Shown in pieces: positions 10,534 to 18,343 of a DNA stretch of 64,000 nucleotides (position 1 is its first letter; each line of letters starts with the position of its first letter). A program made the position numbers and the translations under genes. Under the pieces are notes generated by a model. The model saw only the letters and a program-made list of their open reading frames with translations, made no database searches and was not told where the DNA came from. The DNA is from Candidatus Methanomethylicia archaeon (GTDB lineage Archaea > Thermoproteota > Methanomethylicia > Nezhaarchaeales > B40-G2): NCBI GenBank assembly GCA_029259155.1, contig JAPDJI010000017.1, positions 64,001 through 128,000 on the forward strand, written 5' to 3'.

Positions 10534-10836
10534 ATGAGATTGAAATTCGAGATATACAACGATAAGGATGAATGCGCAGGTTACATGTTACTCGAAGCCT
10601 ACCCTGAAGAACTACATATAGTGTGGATCAATGTGCATGAAACGGAAAGAGGGAAGGGCTTCGGCTCTAAACTTATTGAGCTCGCCAAATCTTACGCTAA
10701 GTTAAAGGGCTTAAGCCGAATAACAGGCTTCGTTGATACGAGCGCTGAGGGATATATTCAACGTAAACGATTCTTTGAGAGGTTTGGAAAGTTAACCTTT
10801 TCTAACAGAGCCCTTTCCTTCATTATCTTGCCTTAA
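10534..10836 (+). CDS. GNAT family acetyltransferase
   Basis: Motif A VHETERGKGFGSKLI; FFERFG. Confidence 0.8.
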   Translation: MRLKFEIYNDKDECAGYMLLEAYPEELHIVWINVHETERGKGFGSKLIELAKSYAKLKGLSRITGFVDTSAEGYIQRKRFFERFGKLTFSNRALSFIILP

Positions 10837-11220
10837 ACTGCCAGGGGTCTCGAAGAAGCTAGATACATCCTCTACTATCAGGGTGTCCAGTCCTCTCTTG
10901 ATCTCGAGAGCCTTAACCCTTTTAGGACGTAAGGCTTCAACCATTACCTTACAGGCTTTCCAGGGATCTTTGCCTCCACATACAAAGATGTCGACTGCAG
11001 CGTATCCATATTCAGGCCAAGTATGGATGGATAGATGCGACTCGCCTATTATAACCATCGACGTTGCTCCAGGGTTGAAGAAGTGGGTTTTAACTTCCAT
11101 AATTGTTAGCTCAGAACTCCGAGCAGCCTCGAGCAATATTTTCTCAACTTCCTCTGCCCTCGTCAGCTTCTCAGGGTCACAGCCCTGAAACTCTATTATG
11201 AGATGCCTGCCTAATTCCAC
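10792..11220 (-). CDS. speH: S-adenosylmethionine decarboxylase proenzyme (pyruvoyl; arginine decarboxylase paralog not excluded)
   Basis: GRHLIIE, ESHLSIHTWPEYGYAAVDIFVCG; GTG at 11220 preferred over 11235 on SD spacing. Confidence 0.9.
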   Translation of the reverse strand: MELGRHLIIEFQGCDPEKLTRAEEVEKILLEAARSSELTIMEVKTHFFNPGATSMVIIGESHLSIHTWPEYGYAAVDIFVCGGKDPWKACKVMVEALRPKRVKALEIKRGLDTLIVEDVSSFFETPGSLRQDNEGKGSVRKG

Positions 11221-11688
11221 CCCCACAACCCCCACCTTTTTTTCCCGGTGAAGGCGGTGGGATAACCCTATGGGGTTGAGGGCCCCTACAAAATAAATAT
11301 TTCGTATGGAATGAAAGGGGTGTCGAAGGTGTTAACCAGGTTCTTTTTGTGGTCTTTATGTCATCACCTCTTGCTTGGCTCAAAATTTAATAGTTCTTTT
11401 TAATTTCTTGTTCATGAATATTTTCATCAAGCTTATCCTTTTTTAACTCCTCAAGTCTTCTCCCCTAGCTAGGTGTGTGTCTAAGCTGAGTTTCTTACTC
11501 GCAGGATTGATGAGCTAAGCCTATGCATAGGTTTATAGGATGCCTTAACGCTCTTCGTCGAGCTCCTCCATAATGGAGGAGGCGAAGGATTATCTGGGTT
11601 TAAGGGAGAGCTGGGCTCCAGGAGGGCTTTAAAGGTTTTTTTGTTTACCTTATACGTGTAATGCCATTTAGGTGATGGGTGAGGTTTT

Positions 11689-12396
11689 TCATGAGGGCTT
11701 AAATCCAATTAATCTGGGCAGCTTTCCCATCAAGCCTATGTGTCTTCCCCTTATTATCAAGGCTCCTCTAATGTATGGCTTCAAATCATCAGCAGCTTCA
11801 AGCCCCCGCTTTATAGAGCCTTCTTCGTCTTCACCTATGACAGCGTTACATACAGCCTTAGCTGCAGCATCAGCTATGGCGGCTTCCTCGGCCACAACAA
11901 CTGCGGCGTCAGCCAAACCTAGATTTATGGCTTTGCTTACGCTGGCTGAGCTGGTGGCTATCCCTATTGGGAAATCGCTTTCAGAGACCTCAAAGCCCAC
12001 CTTACCTGATAGGGGGGAGGGACCAGCATGCACAGCTATGTTTAATCTTTTGGGGGATATGGCTGAGATTTCTCCTCCATTCTCAACGACGCTTAGCTTA
12101 GCTCCAGCCCTAACCATATCCCACATTACCACTTCGGCTAAAGCCCCAGCCACCGCTGCCATAGGTCCAACTCCAGCGATCTCAGCAGCCTCCGCAGCTA
12201 ATTTAGCTGCGTGTGGTGCCCAGTCCTCTACTTTAACTGGTGATAAAGCTAGCTTGAACCAGGGCCTTTTCTCGACGTATTCATCCAATAAGGCTCGATG
12301 TACCAGGAGAGACCTATATGCTGCTTCTAGGGCTAGAGGGGTGTCGGTTAAGACCAAGATGTTACTTTGTTTAACTGTAAACCTAGCCTTAAACAC
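11689..12396 (-). CDS. UPF0280 / ApbE-like protein (MA1715-type sulfur assimilation factor)
   Basis: GVGPMAAVAGALAE, VENGGEI, GIATSSASV, ADAAVV..AAIADAAA. Confidence 0.88.
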   Translation of the reverse strand: MFKARFTVKQSNILVLTDTPLALEAAYRSLLVHRALLDEYVEKRPWFKLALSPVKVEDWAPHAAKLAAEAAEIAGVGPMAAVAGALAEVVMWDMVRAGAKLSVVENGGEISAISPKRLNIAVHAGPSPLSGKVGFEVSESDFPIGIATSSASVSKAINLGLADAAVVVAEEAAIADAAAKAVCNAVIGEDEEGSIKRGLEAADDLKPYIRGALIIRGRHIGLMGKLPRLIGFKPS

Positions 12397-12406
12397 GCGT
12401 CTCCCT

Positions 12407-12790
12407 CTATAGCAGCTTTATGGCCCTCATAGGACAGGCATGTACGCAGGCCTGGCATCTTACACACTTACCTTCATCCACTTCAATAGCCTGCCCTGTC
12501 AACTTTATTGCGTCGACTGGGCATGGCGACACGCAGGCTCCACAAGCTACGCATCTAGATATATCTAATTCAAAATGTTTGGTTAGTTCCTTTACCGTCA
12601 CCCCTTCCTCTTTAAATGCCTCTATTACTTTTCCTACGTACTCGGCTTTTGGTACATCGACAAGGATCTCTCCTCCTCCAGGGGACATCTTGGCTTCAAG
12701 GATATTTACAAGAGTACCTGTCTTCAACACCACGCTGGCCAACACTGGCTTGTCTACGTGTTTTTTCTCGTATATTACCTTCAGCTTCAA
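12407..12790 (-). CDS. NIL-domain ferredoxin (MA1822-type Fe-S subunit of aspartate semialdehyde sulfurtransferase)
   Basis: LVNIL motif plus two CxxCxxCxxxCP motifs. Confidence 0.88.
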   Translation of the reverse strand: MKLKVIYEKKHVDKPVLASVVLKTGTLVNILEAKMSPGGGEILVDVPKAEYVGKVIEAFKEEGVTVKELTKHFELDISRCVACGACVSPCPVDAIKLTGQAIEVDEGKCVRCQACVHACPMRAIKLL

Positions 12791-14307
12791 AGCACTCTCC
12801 TCCTTAATAGCCTCGCGATATCATCACTAGTCACTATGCCAACCAACTTCTCTTCTTCATCGACTACAGGCATTCCTGATATCCTATATTGTTGTAGCCT
12901 AGCAATTACTAGGTCAAGGGCTTCGTCAGGTCTTGCTGTGACTACCTTGGCGGTCATTATCTCCTTGAGGCTTTTCTTATCTTGGGCCACTGCTCTGGCT
13001 AAATCCCAAGAGGTGACTATGCCCACGAGTTTTCCTTCAGGACCTATGATAGGCACATGGTCGATACCATAGGTTACTATGAGCTTTGCCACTTTCTTTA
13101 TATCGTCCTCTGGCTTAGCGCTAACCACTTTAGTGGTCATTACGTCCTTTACCCTTGGCTCATATCGCCTTACTTCAAGAGGTTTAAACTCCTTATGTAT
13201 AGGTAAGAGCTCAGCAGGTCTGTTTAACGTGAATCTTCCTTCTTGGATCCATCTTTTTAGCGTTTCAGCTATCTCACGTGCGTAGGCTAAGCTTGACATG
13301 GAGGAGGTAGGCGCTTCACGGTCGCCAAGCAACACCTTCCCTGATTTCAGTTCAGCGTAGCTGACTTTCCTTAAAACAGGCCTAGCTCTTGAAGGGACGC
13401 CGTAATCCAATATTTCTGTAAAGATCTCTTCGTCTGGAGTAGCAGCGGTCTTAGCTACTTTCATGTTAATTATCGGTATAGGTATACCTATTCCTACGTA
13501 AAGTGTTGAACCATACCTATGGATGGTGGCCCCCCTTAAGTACCTTGGGTTCATTTGTTTTAGATCGCCCTTCACCATCAACGTGGCCAGGTAGTCTTGA
13601 GGTTTATGCTGAGTACCTTCACCTATAACGTATCCTATTCCTCCTCCGAGAAAAATTCGAGTTCCTATACCTATGGTCTCCAAGCCCCTATCCTTATAAA
13701 GTGGGCTCAACTGTCCGGAGCCACTATACATCACGTTTCCGTATCTTGGAAGCAGTGTGCCCATGTATGTGTATAGTACTCTGTCGGTGCTGTTGGTGGC
13801 AGCGTTGTATCTCTGATAGGCATTTCTAGGATTGACGAGAACCGCTTGATTTAGGTCATCTATGGTTATGACGGTTTCAAGGTATCTTCTCGGATAACAA
13901 TCGGTAGGAAAGCCTTCAGCTCTAAGCTCTACTTCTTTATGACTTACTAAGTCCTCTATGACATGTCCTCCACCATACTCTATGCCTCGACTCTCGCTTA
14001 TGGCTGTAGCTCCTATGTAAGCATCGACTGCAGCTAGCCCTTTATAGGCTGGAACATCATTAAGCCAGCACTTAAACATCTTTATGGGCGGATCGCTATG
14101 ACCAAAATTCAGGAAGGCACCTGAGCTACACATTGCCCCAAAGGTGCCTGTGGTAACTACATCTACCTCCTTAGCGGCTTTTTCCACTCCATAGCGGCGG
14201 ACATACTCCACATATTCGTCAGCGGTCATTACAACTACGTCGCCTTTCCTTATCTTCTCGTTGACCTCCTCATATTTCCTAAGAACCTCCACCCCCCTAG
14301 GTTCCAT
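12787..14307 (-). CDS. DUF39-CBS homocysteine biosynthesis protein (MA1821/MJ0100-type aspartate semialdehyde sulfurtransferase)
   Basis: VDVVTTGTFGAMCSSGA, NFGHSDPPIKM, YGGGHVIEDLV, TDCYPR, C-terminal CBS pair. Confidence 0.92.
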   Translation of the reverse strand: MEPRGVEVLRKYEEVNEKIRKGDVVVMTADEYVEYVRRYGVEKAAKEVDVVTTGTFGAMCSSGAFLNFGHSDPPIKMFKCWLNDVPAYKGLAAVDAYIGATAISESRGIEYGGGHVIEDLVSHKEVELRAEGFPTDCYPRRYLETVITIDDLNQAVLVNPRNAYQRYNAATNSTDRVLYTYMGTLLPRYGNVMYSGSGQLSPLYKDRGLETIGIGTRIFLGGGIGYVIGEGTQHKPQDYLATLMVKGDLKQMNPRYLRGATIHRYGSTLYVGIGIPIPIINMKVAKTAATPDEEIFTEILDYGVPSRARPVLRKVSYAELKSGKVLLGDREAPTSSMSSLAYAREIAETLKRWIQEGRFTLNRPAELLPIHKEFKPLEVRRYEPRVKDVMTTKVVSAKPEDDIKKVAKLIVTYGIDHVPIIGPEGKLVGIVTSWDLARAVAQDKKSLKEIMTAKVVTARPDEALDLVIARLQQYRISGMPVVDEEEKLVGIVTSDDIARLLRRRVL

Positions 14308-14360
14308 ACGGCTCGCCGCGCCTAGGTTTGATATCTACTATTTAAAACTTATCCTTGGAA

Positions 14361-14381
14361 TTAATTACTGCTAGTAATTAA
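14361..14381. promoter_or_regulatory. Perfect inverted repeat TTAATTACT-N3-AGTAATTAA upstream of the DUF39 operon TATA box
   Basis: 9 bp arms read directly; minus-strand TTTTAAAT at ~14340-14347. Confidence 0.55.
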
Positions 14382-14512
14382 GCCTCGACCATCTTGGCAC
14401 GCTTACACCTAGGACAAATGATACCTCCGGCCTCTTCAAGTTCCAGCATCCAGTCGTAAGGTCCTGTGGGAAGGACGTAGCCGCAAGAAGGACATTTATA
14501 TGCTTTAGGCAA
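14378..14512 (-). CDS. 44 aa CPxCG-type zinc-ribbon microprotein
   Basis: TTG start after GGGGGG SD; MPKAYKCPSCGYVLPTGPYDWMLELEEAGGIICPRCKRAKMVEA; not in ORF track. Confidence 0.75.
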   Translation of the reverse strand: MPKAYKCPSCGYVLPTGPYDWMLELEEAGGIICPRCKRAKMVEA

Positions 14513-14566
14513 ACATAACCCCCCGCCGCCTTTTAAGGCGCTAGCTTATAAACCGTTTTCGCTCTT

Positions 14567-15028
14567 CTATTTACTTCGACTTAGGGGAGGCCTGAAGTCT
14601 TCCTTTACCACGTTGAGGACCATGCTAGTTGAAGTACGCTTTACATGAGGTATCTTGAGCAAGCTTTTTATGAACCTGTTGAGGGTATCTCTACTCTTGA
14701 ACCTTGCTATAACAGCTATGTCGAATTCTCCTGTCACGTCGTACACGGCGCAGGTATCTTCAAGCTTGGCTACCTCATTCTCTACCTCGACCAAGTGGCT
14801 TCCATCAGCTTGCAGCAGTATAAGCGCAGTTAAGTCATAGCCCAGCTTAGAAAAGTCTATGATGGGAGCAAAACCCTTAATCACGCCTTCAGCCATAAGC
14901 TTCTTTACCCTATTATGAACCGTGGCTACCGAGAGCTCTAACTCCTTAGCTATCTCTCTAAAGCTCTTTCTCGCGTCTTTCGAAAGAAGCTCCAGTATTT
15001 TTAAGTCTATTTCGTCCAAGGCTATCAC
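14567..15028 (-). CDS. Lrp/AsnC family transcriptional regulator
   Basis: LDEIDLKILELLSKDARKSFREIAKEL HTH; YDVTGEFD RAM domain. Confidence 0.93.
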   Translation of the reverse strand: MIALDEIDLKILELLSKDARKSFREIAKELELSVATVHNRVKKLMAEGVIKGFAPIIDFSKLGYDLTALILLQADGSHLVEVENEVAKLEDTCAVYDVTGEFDIAVIARFKSRDTLNRFIKSLLKIPHVKRTSTSMVLNVVKEDFRPPLSRSK

Positions 15029-15050
15029 TAAGAGGAGGGCGGCTTAGGTT

Positions 15051-15959
15051 TTAAAGCTGGCTGTCCTCCTCGAGTAATTTACGCAAGCTCCTAGTTATCG
15101 CTTCATCAAGCTTAGCATACTTCCTCGTCCTTTTCCTACTTGTTCTGATGGGGTACCCCCCTATAATATCGTGAGCTTTTAAAGCCAACTCATCGGCCTC
15201 ACCTTCTTCATACCTCTTCCACTCATCGCTATGCTTAAAGGAGGAGGGCTCAGCCCAACCCGGTGTAAACTGGTCCAACTTATTGACGGGTATGCAAATA
15301 CATACCAGGTCCAACTCTCTATGTAGACTCAAGGGGCAAGTGAATACTCTTTGAGGATCCATTTTATTCTCTATCTTGAGTCGGCCACCCCTTCCTGTAC
15401 TGTACTTTTCAACAATATGTGGCTCTATTTTCCGCAAAACATACTCAACGGTCGCAAACGCTATGTCAAGAGGATTCATCTTTCTCCTTAACTCTCGGGA
15501 GAAGGCTTCATGATGTATCCTCACATGGGCTCCTCTCCCACTCCAGAATACTGACACCGACTTACATACTCCTTCCTTATCGAGTAAGGATACTAATTCT
15601 TGGCAAACCTTCACCGTGTCTTTCCAACCCTCTAGGTCATTATCTATGTCCCAGCAGGGGGTGCAGGCATATACGTTGTTCATTGAAGCTACATCGTACT
15701 CTGAGGACAATCTTCTATAGAGGTTAGAGGAAGCATAGAGAGCTCTAGGTCTAAGCTTAGCCAACCTTTTAACCAAGCCAACTACGTCTTCAGGGGCGTT
15801 TAAGGTTAAAGGTCTTTTATTTCTATCATACCGCACAAGGAGATATCTTCCTTTGCTGTCCTTTTGCGAGCAATGAACACTAACCCACCTATTTTTAGCG
15901 TAGTCAACAATCTCCTTTGCGACTTCTGGCTTCATGTAGTACTCCTGAGCCAGATCCAT
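15051..15959 (-). CDS. Archaeo-eukaryotic primase (AEP) superfamily protein, stand-alone
   Basis: WDIDND (motif I), WSGRGAHVRIH (motif II), D..RVFTCPLSLH (motif III). Confidence 0.7.
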   Translation of the reverse strand: MDLAQEYYMKPEVAKEIVDYAKNRWVSVHCSQKDSKGRYLLVRYDRNKRPLTLNAPEDVVGLVKRLAKLRPRALYASSNLYRRLSSEYDVASMNNVYACTPCWDIDNDLEGWKDTVKVCQELVSLLDKEGVCKSVSVFWSGRGAHVRIHHEAFSRELRRKMNPLDIAFATVEYVLRKIEPHIVEKYSTGRGGRLKIENKMDPQRVFTCPLSLHRELDLVCICIPVNKLDQFTPGWAEPSSFKHSDEWKRYEEGEADELALKAHDIIGGYPIRTSRKRTRKYAKLDEAITRSLRKLLEEDSQL

Positions 15960-15990
15960 GAGAAATCCCTAATCGTTTGAAACTAGATAA

Positions 15991-16743
15991 CTAGTAGATG
16001 TACCCCAAACCTTTCTCTGCTTCTTTAGCTCGCTTCAGCTGTTCATATTGTCTGTGAAGGTCTTCATCAAACTTCTTAGCTAACTCCTCTATCCTAGAAG
16101 TATCGATCTTAATGGCTAGGATCTCCTTAAGCGCCTTCACTAAGGTGGCGGCTGCCTTAATGTCTGGAGCATCGATGATATATGTTTCACTAAGCAAGCA
16201 GACTCCTTTAACTCCTCGCTGAGCCATATATTCGAGCAAGAGCCCGTTCATGCCACTTATACTGCTTCTACCTGGCATCACAGATACTCCCTTACTTACG
16301 AGTTCCTCAAGCAGTGAGCTATGCGTCGCTACGGCGTAGATTTTAGGTTCTTCCACATGTCTAGGTACGGGGTAGGCGGCCATCGTGAAGAGCTTTTTGA
16401 CTCCTAGTTCAGCAGAGGCTTCGGCTACCTTATCTGCAAGCATACGCTGTCCTTCAGCTGAGGAAGGCTGAGCATCACCGGTGAAAAGTAGTATGTCTTT
16501 CTCTTCAGCGTGTGCTAGATAGAACCTATAGAACTTCTTGTCTAGGAAGGACTCCATAACTCCATCATTAAATACCACCAATGAAGGATAGAGGTGAGGC
16601 GAAGTTACCTCGCCAATAAGAGAAGCTTTAGCCTCCTCTATAAGATAATCAACAGCTTGCTTAGCTACATATCCCATTCCTGGAAGTCCGGCTACCATTA
16701 TCAACTCATCAGCTTTAATCTTGCCGTAAAACTTGACCTCCAA
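15991..16743 (-). CDS. PAC2 family proteasome assembly chaperone
   Basis: GLPGMGYVAKQAVDYL, GDAQP, ISGMNGLL; C-terminal HbYX-like YIY. Confidence 0.88.
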   Translation of the reverse strand: MEVKFYGKIKADELIMVAGLPGMGYVAKQAVDYLIEEAKASLIGEVTSPHLYPSLVVFNDGVMESFLDKKFYRFYLAHAEEKDILLFTGDAQPSSAEGQRMLADKVAEASAELGVKKLFTMAAYPVPRHVEEPKIYAVATHSSLLEELVSKGVSVMPGRSSISGMNGLLLEYMAQRGVKGVCLLSETYIIDAPDIKAAATLVKALKEILAIKIDTSRIEELAKKFDEDLHRQYEQLKRAKEAEKGLGYIY

Positions 16744-16785
16744 CTTAACGCGCCTATGAAACCTAGGCTGCCGTAGATAAAAAAC

Positions 16786-17601
16786 TTAAGCATCTACATC
16801 AGGGTTTTCTAGCTCTGAGGTTTTCTTGGCCTCTAACATCCTCCTTACTACGCTCCACGGCAAAGCCACGTCCTCTCTCCTAAGCTCGACAGGACCAAGT
16901 ATTACTAATCCTTCACCGCCACGTATCTCTATTTCGTGTAGCCTAAGGTCGTGCGGGGTCTGCCTCATCTTCTCGATTAGTAAAAACCTCCTCAGCCTTC
17001 CTCCCCTCACCATTCTTCTAAACCTTATTATTCCATCACTTATGTGTTCTACGCCGAAGCCGAAGGCTTCGCTTGTAGTTATAGCGTATTGGGAGGTAAG
17101 CAGTATCGTGAAGCCCCACTGTGACAACACTTTCTTTACATAGTACGAGTGCCTTCTAGCCATGGCTGGTGCATCAAGCCAGAAAGCCGACATGCTATCG
17201 ACCACGAGCCTACCATCACCGTAACCCAGATGCTTCTTAGCCTCTATCACCTTGCTAACAAGCTCCTCGGGGTTTAACGTTTGTAATGACCAAGGCTCTC
17301 CTCCGGGCCTCATTAATGCGTCTATGACTATTAGTCGTCGATCCAGTATGGCTTTCCTAAAATCGAAGCCGAACTGGGCAGCTTGCTTAATAATGGACTC
17401 TCTACTTTCCTCAGTGGTTACGTAGATGCACTTATCTCCTTCCTCAACGCCCTTGGCTATGAAGTGTATGCAAAGCACAGTCTTACCTGTCCCAGGCTCA
17501 CCTGTCACAGCTACTACGAAGCCTTTAGGTATGCCTCCATGAAGCATCTCATCTAACTTAAGTACTCCTGTCGATACTATTTCTACCGCGCTTTCCATCA
17601 A
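16786..17601 (-). CDS. Single-domain KaiC-like ATPase
   Basis: STGVLKLDEMLHGGIPKG, GEPGTGKT, DSMSAFWLDAPAMAR, GFGVEHISDGII, EKMRQTPH. Confidence 0.9.
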   Translation of the reverse strand: MMESAVEIVSTGVLKLDEMLHGGIPKGFVVAVTGEPGTGKTVLCIHFIAKGVEEGDKCIYVTTEESRESIIKQAAQFGFDFRKAILDRRLIVIDALMRPGGEPWSLQTLNPEELVSKVIEAKKHLGYGDGRLVVDSMSAFWLDAPAMARRHSYYVKKVLSQWGFTILLTSQYAITTSEAFGFGVEHISDGIIRFRRMVRGGRLRRFLLIEKMRQTPHDLRLHEIEIRGGEGLVILGPVELRREDVALPWSVVRRMLEAKKTSELENPDVDA

Positions 17602-17635
17602 CCTAACCTCTGGGGAAAAAAGGTCTTCCTTACGT

Positions 17636-18043
17636 TTAAAGATACCTTCTTATCAGCTCTTCGAGCTGGGGTAGAGGCCTATAGCCTATAATCTTGCCCA
17701 TGTAGTTCCCATTCTTGAACACGAGAAGGGTGGGTACCTCCATGATTGCGTACTTTTCTACAGTGGCTGGATTGACATCTACGTCAAGCTTGCCAAACAC
17801 AACCTTCCCGGCATACCTCTTTGCTAGTTCATCTATTACTGGTGCTAAGAGCCTACATGGAGGACACCAAACAGCCCAGCAATCCACGATGACTAGAGGG
17901 TTCTTCTTAACCACCTCTTCTATGTTATGGTCACCGACTTCTATGGGCTTATCGAGCACCTCCTTTCTCCCCTCCATTAGTTCTCTAAGCATCCTTTTCT
18001 TAATGACCTCCAGCTCCTTATCCTCTTCACTCATCTTTCTCAC
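17636..18043 (-). CDS. trxA: Thioredoxin with N-terminal extension
   Basis: WAVWCPPCR active site; VPT cis-Pro loop. Confidence 0.9.
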   Translation of the reverse strand: MRKMSEEDKELEVIKKRMLRELMEGRKEVLDKPIEVGDHNIEEVVKKNPLVIVDCWAVWCPPCRLLAPVIDELAKRYAGKVVFGKLDVDVNPATVEKYAIMEVPTLLVFKNGNYMGKIIGYRPLPQLEELIRRYL

Positions 18044-18317
18044 CTTTCACGAAGAGCCCGCAATGACACCTACCTTTAGTTTTTACATCTTCCTCCATCC
18101 AGATGCAAGGGCAGATCTTAGGCTTATCCTTTTCAGGATCTCCTGTAACTACTCTGCAGGGGCAGTACCTTACACCATACTTCTCCTCGTTTCTCATTAA
18201 TCCCCTAAGTATGGCGTCAACCAGCTTCTCGTCGGGGTTCAGCTCAAATCCTTTATGTCTAGCGTATTCTTCAGCCCATCTCCTCAAATCTGCCAGTTTA
18301 TTTTCTACCTCTGTCAT
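18027..18317 (-). CDS. Ferredoxin:thioredoxin reductase catalytic-subunit-like protein
   Basis: YCPCR..ICPC..CHCGLF six-Cys signature. Confidence 0.9.
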   Translation of the reverse strand: MTEVENKLADLRRWAEEYARHKGFELNPDEKLVDAILRGLMRNEEKYGVRYCPCRVVTGDPEKDKPKICPCIWMEEDVKTKGRCHCGLFVKGEKDE

Positions 18318-18343
18318 ACAACCGACCTTGACCTGAACAACGA

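Noticed and set aside
11177-11708. Short ORFs 11177-11383 and 11481-11708
   Set aside because: Low-complexity, overlap real genes or leaders, and show no family motifs.
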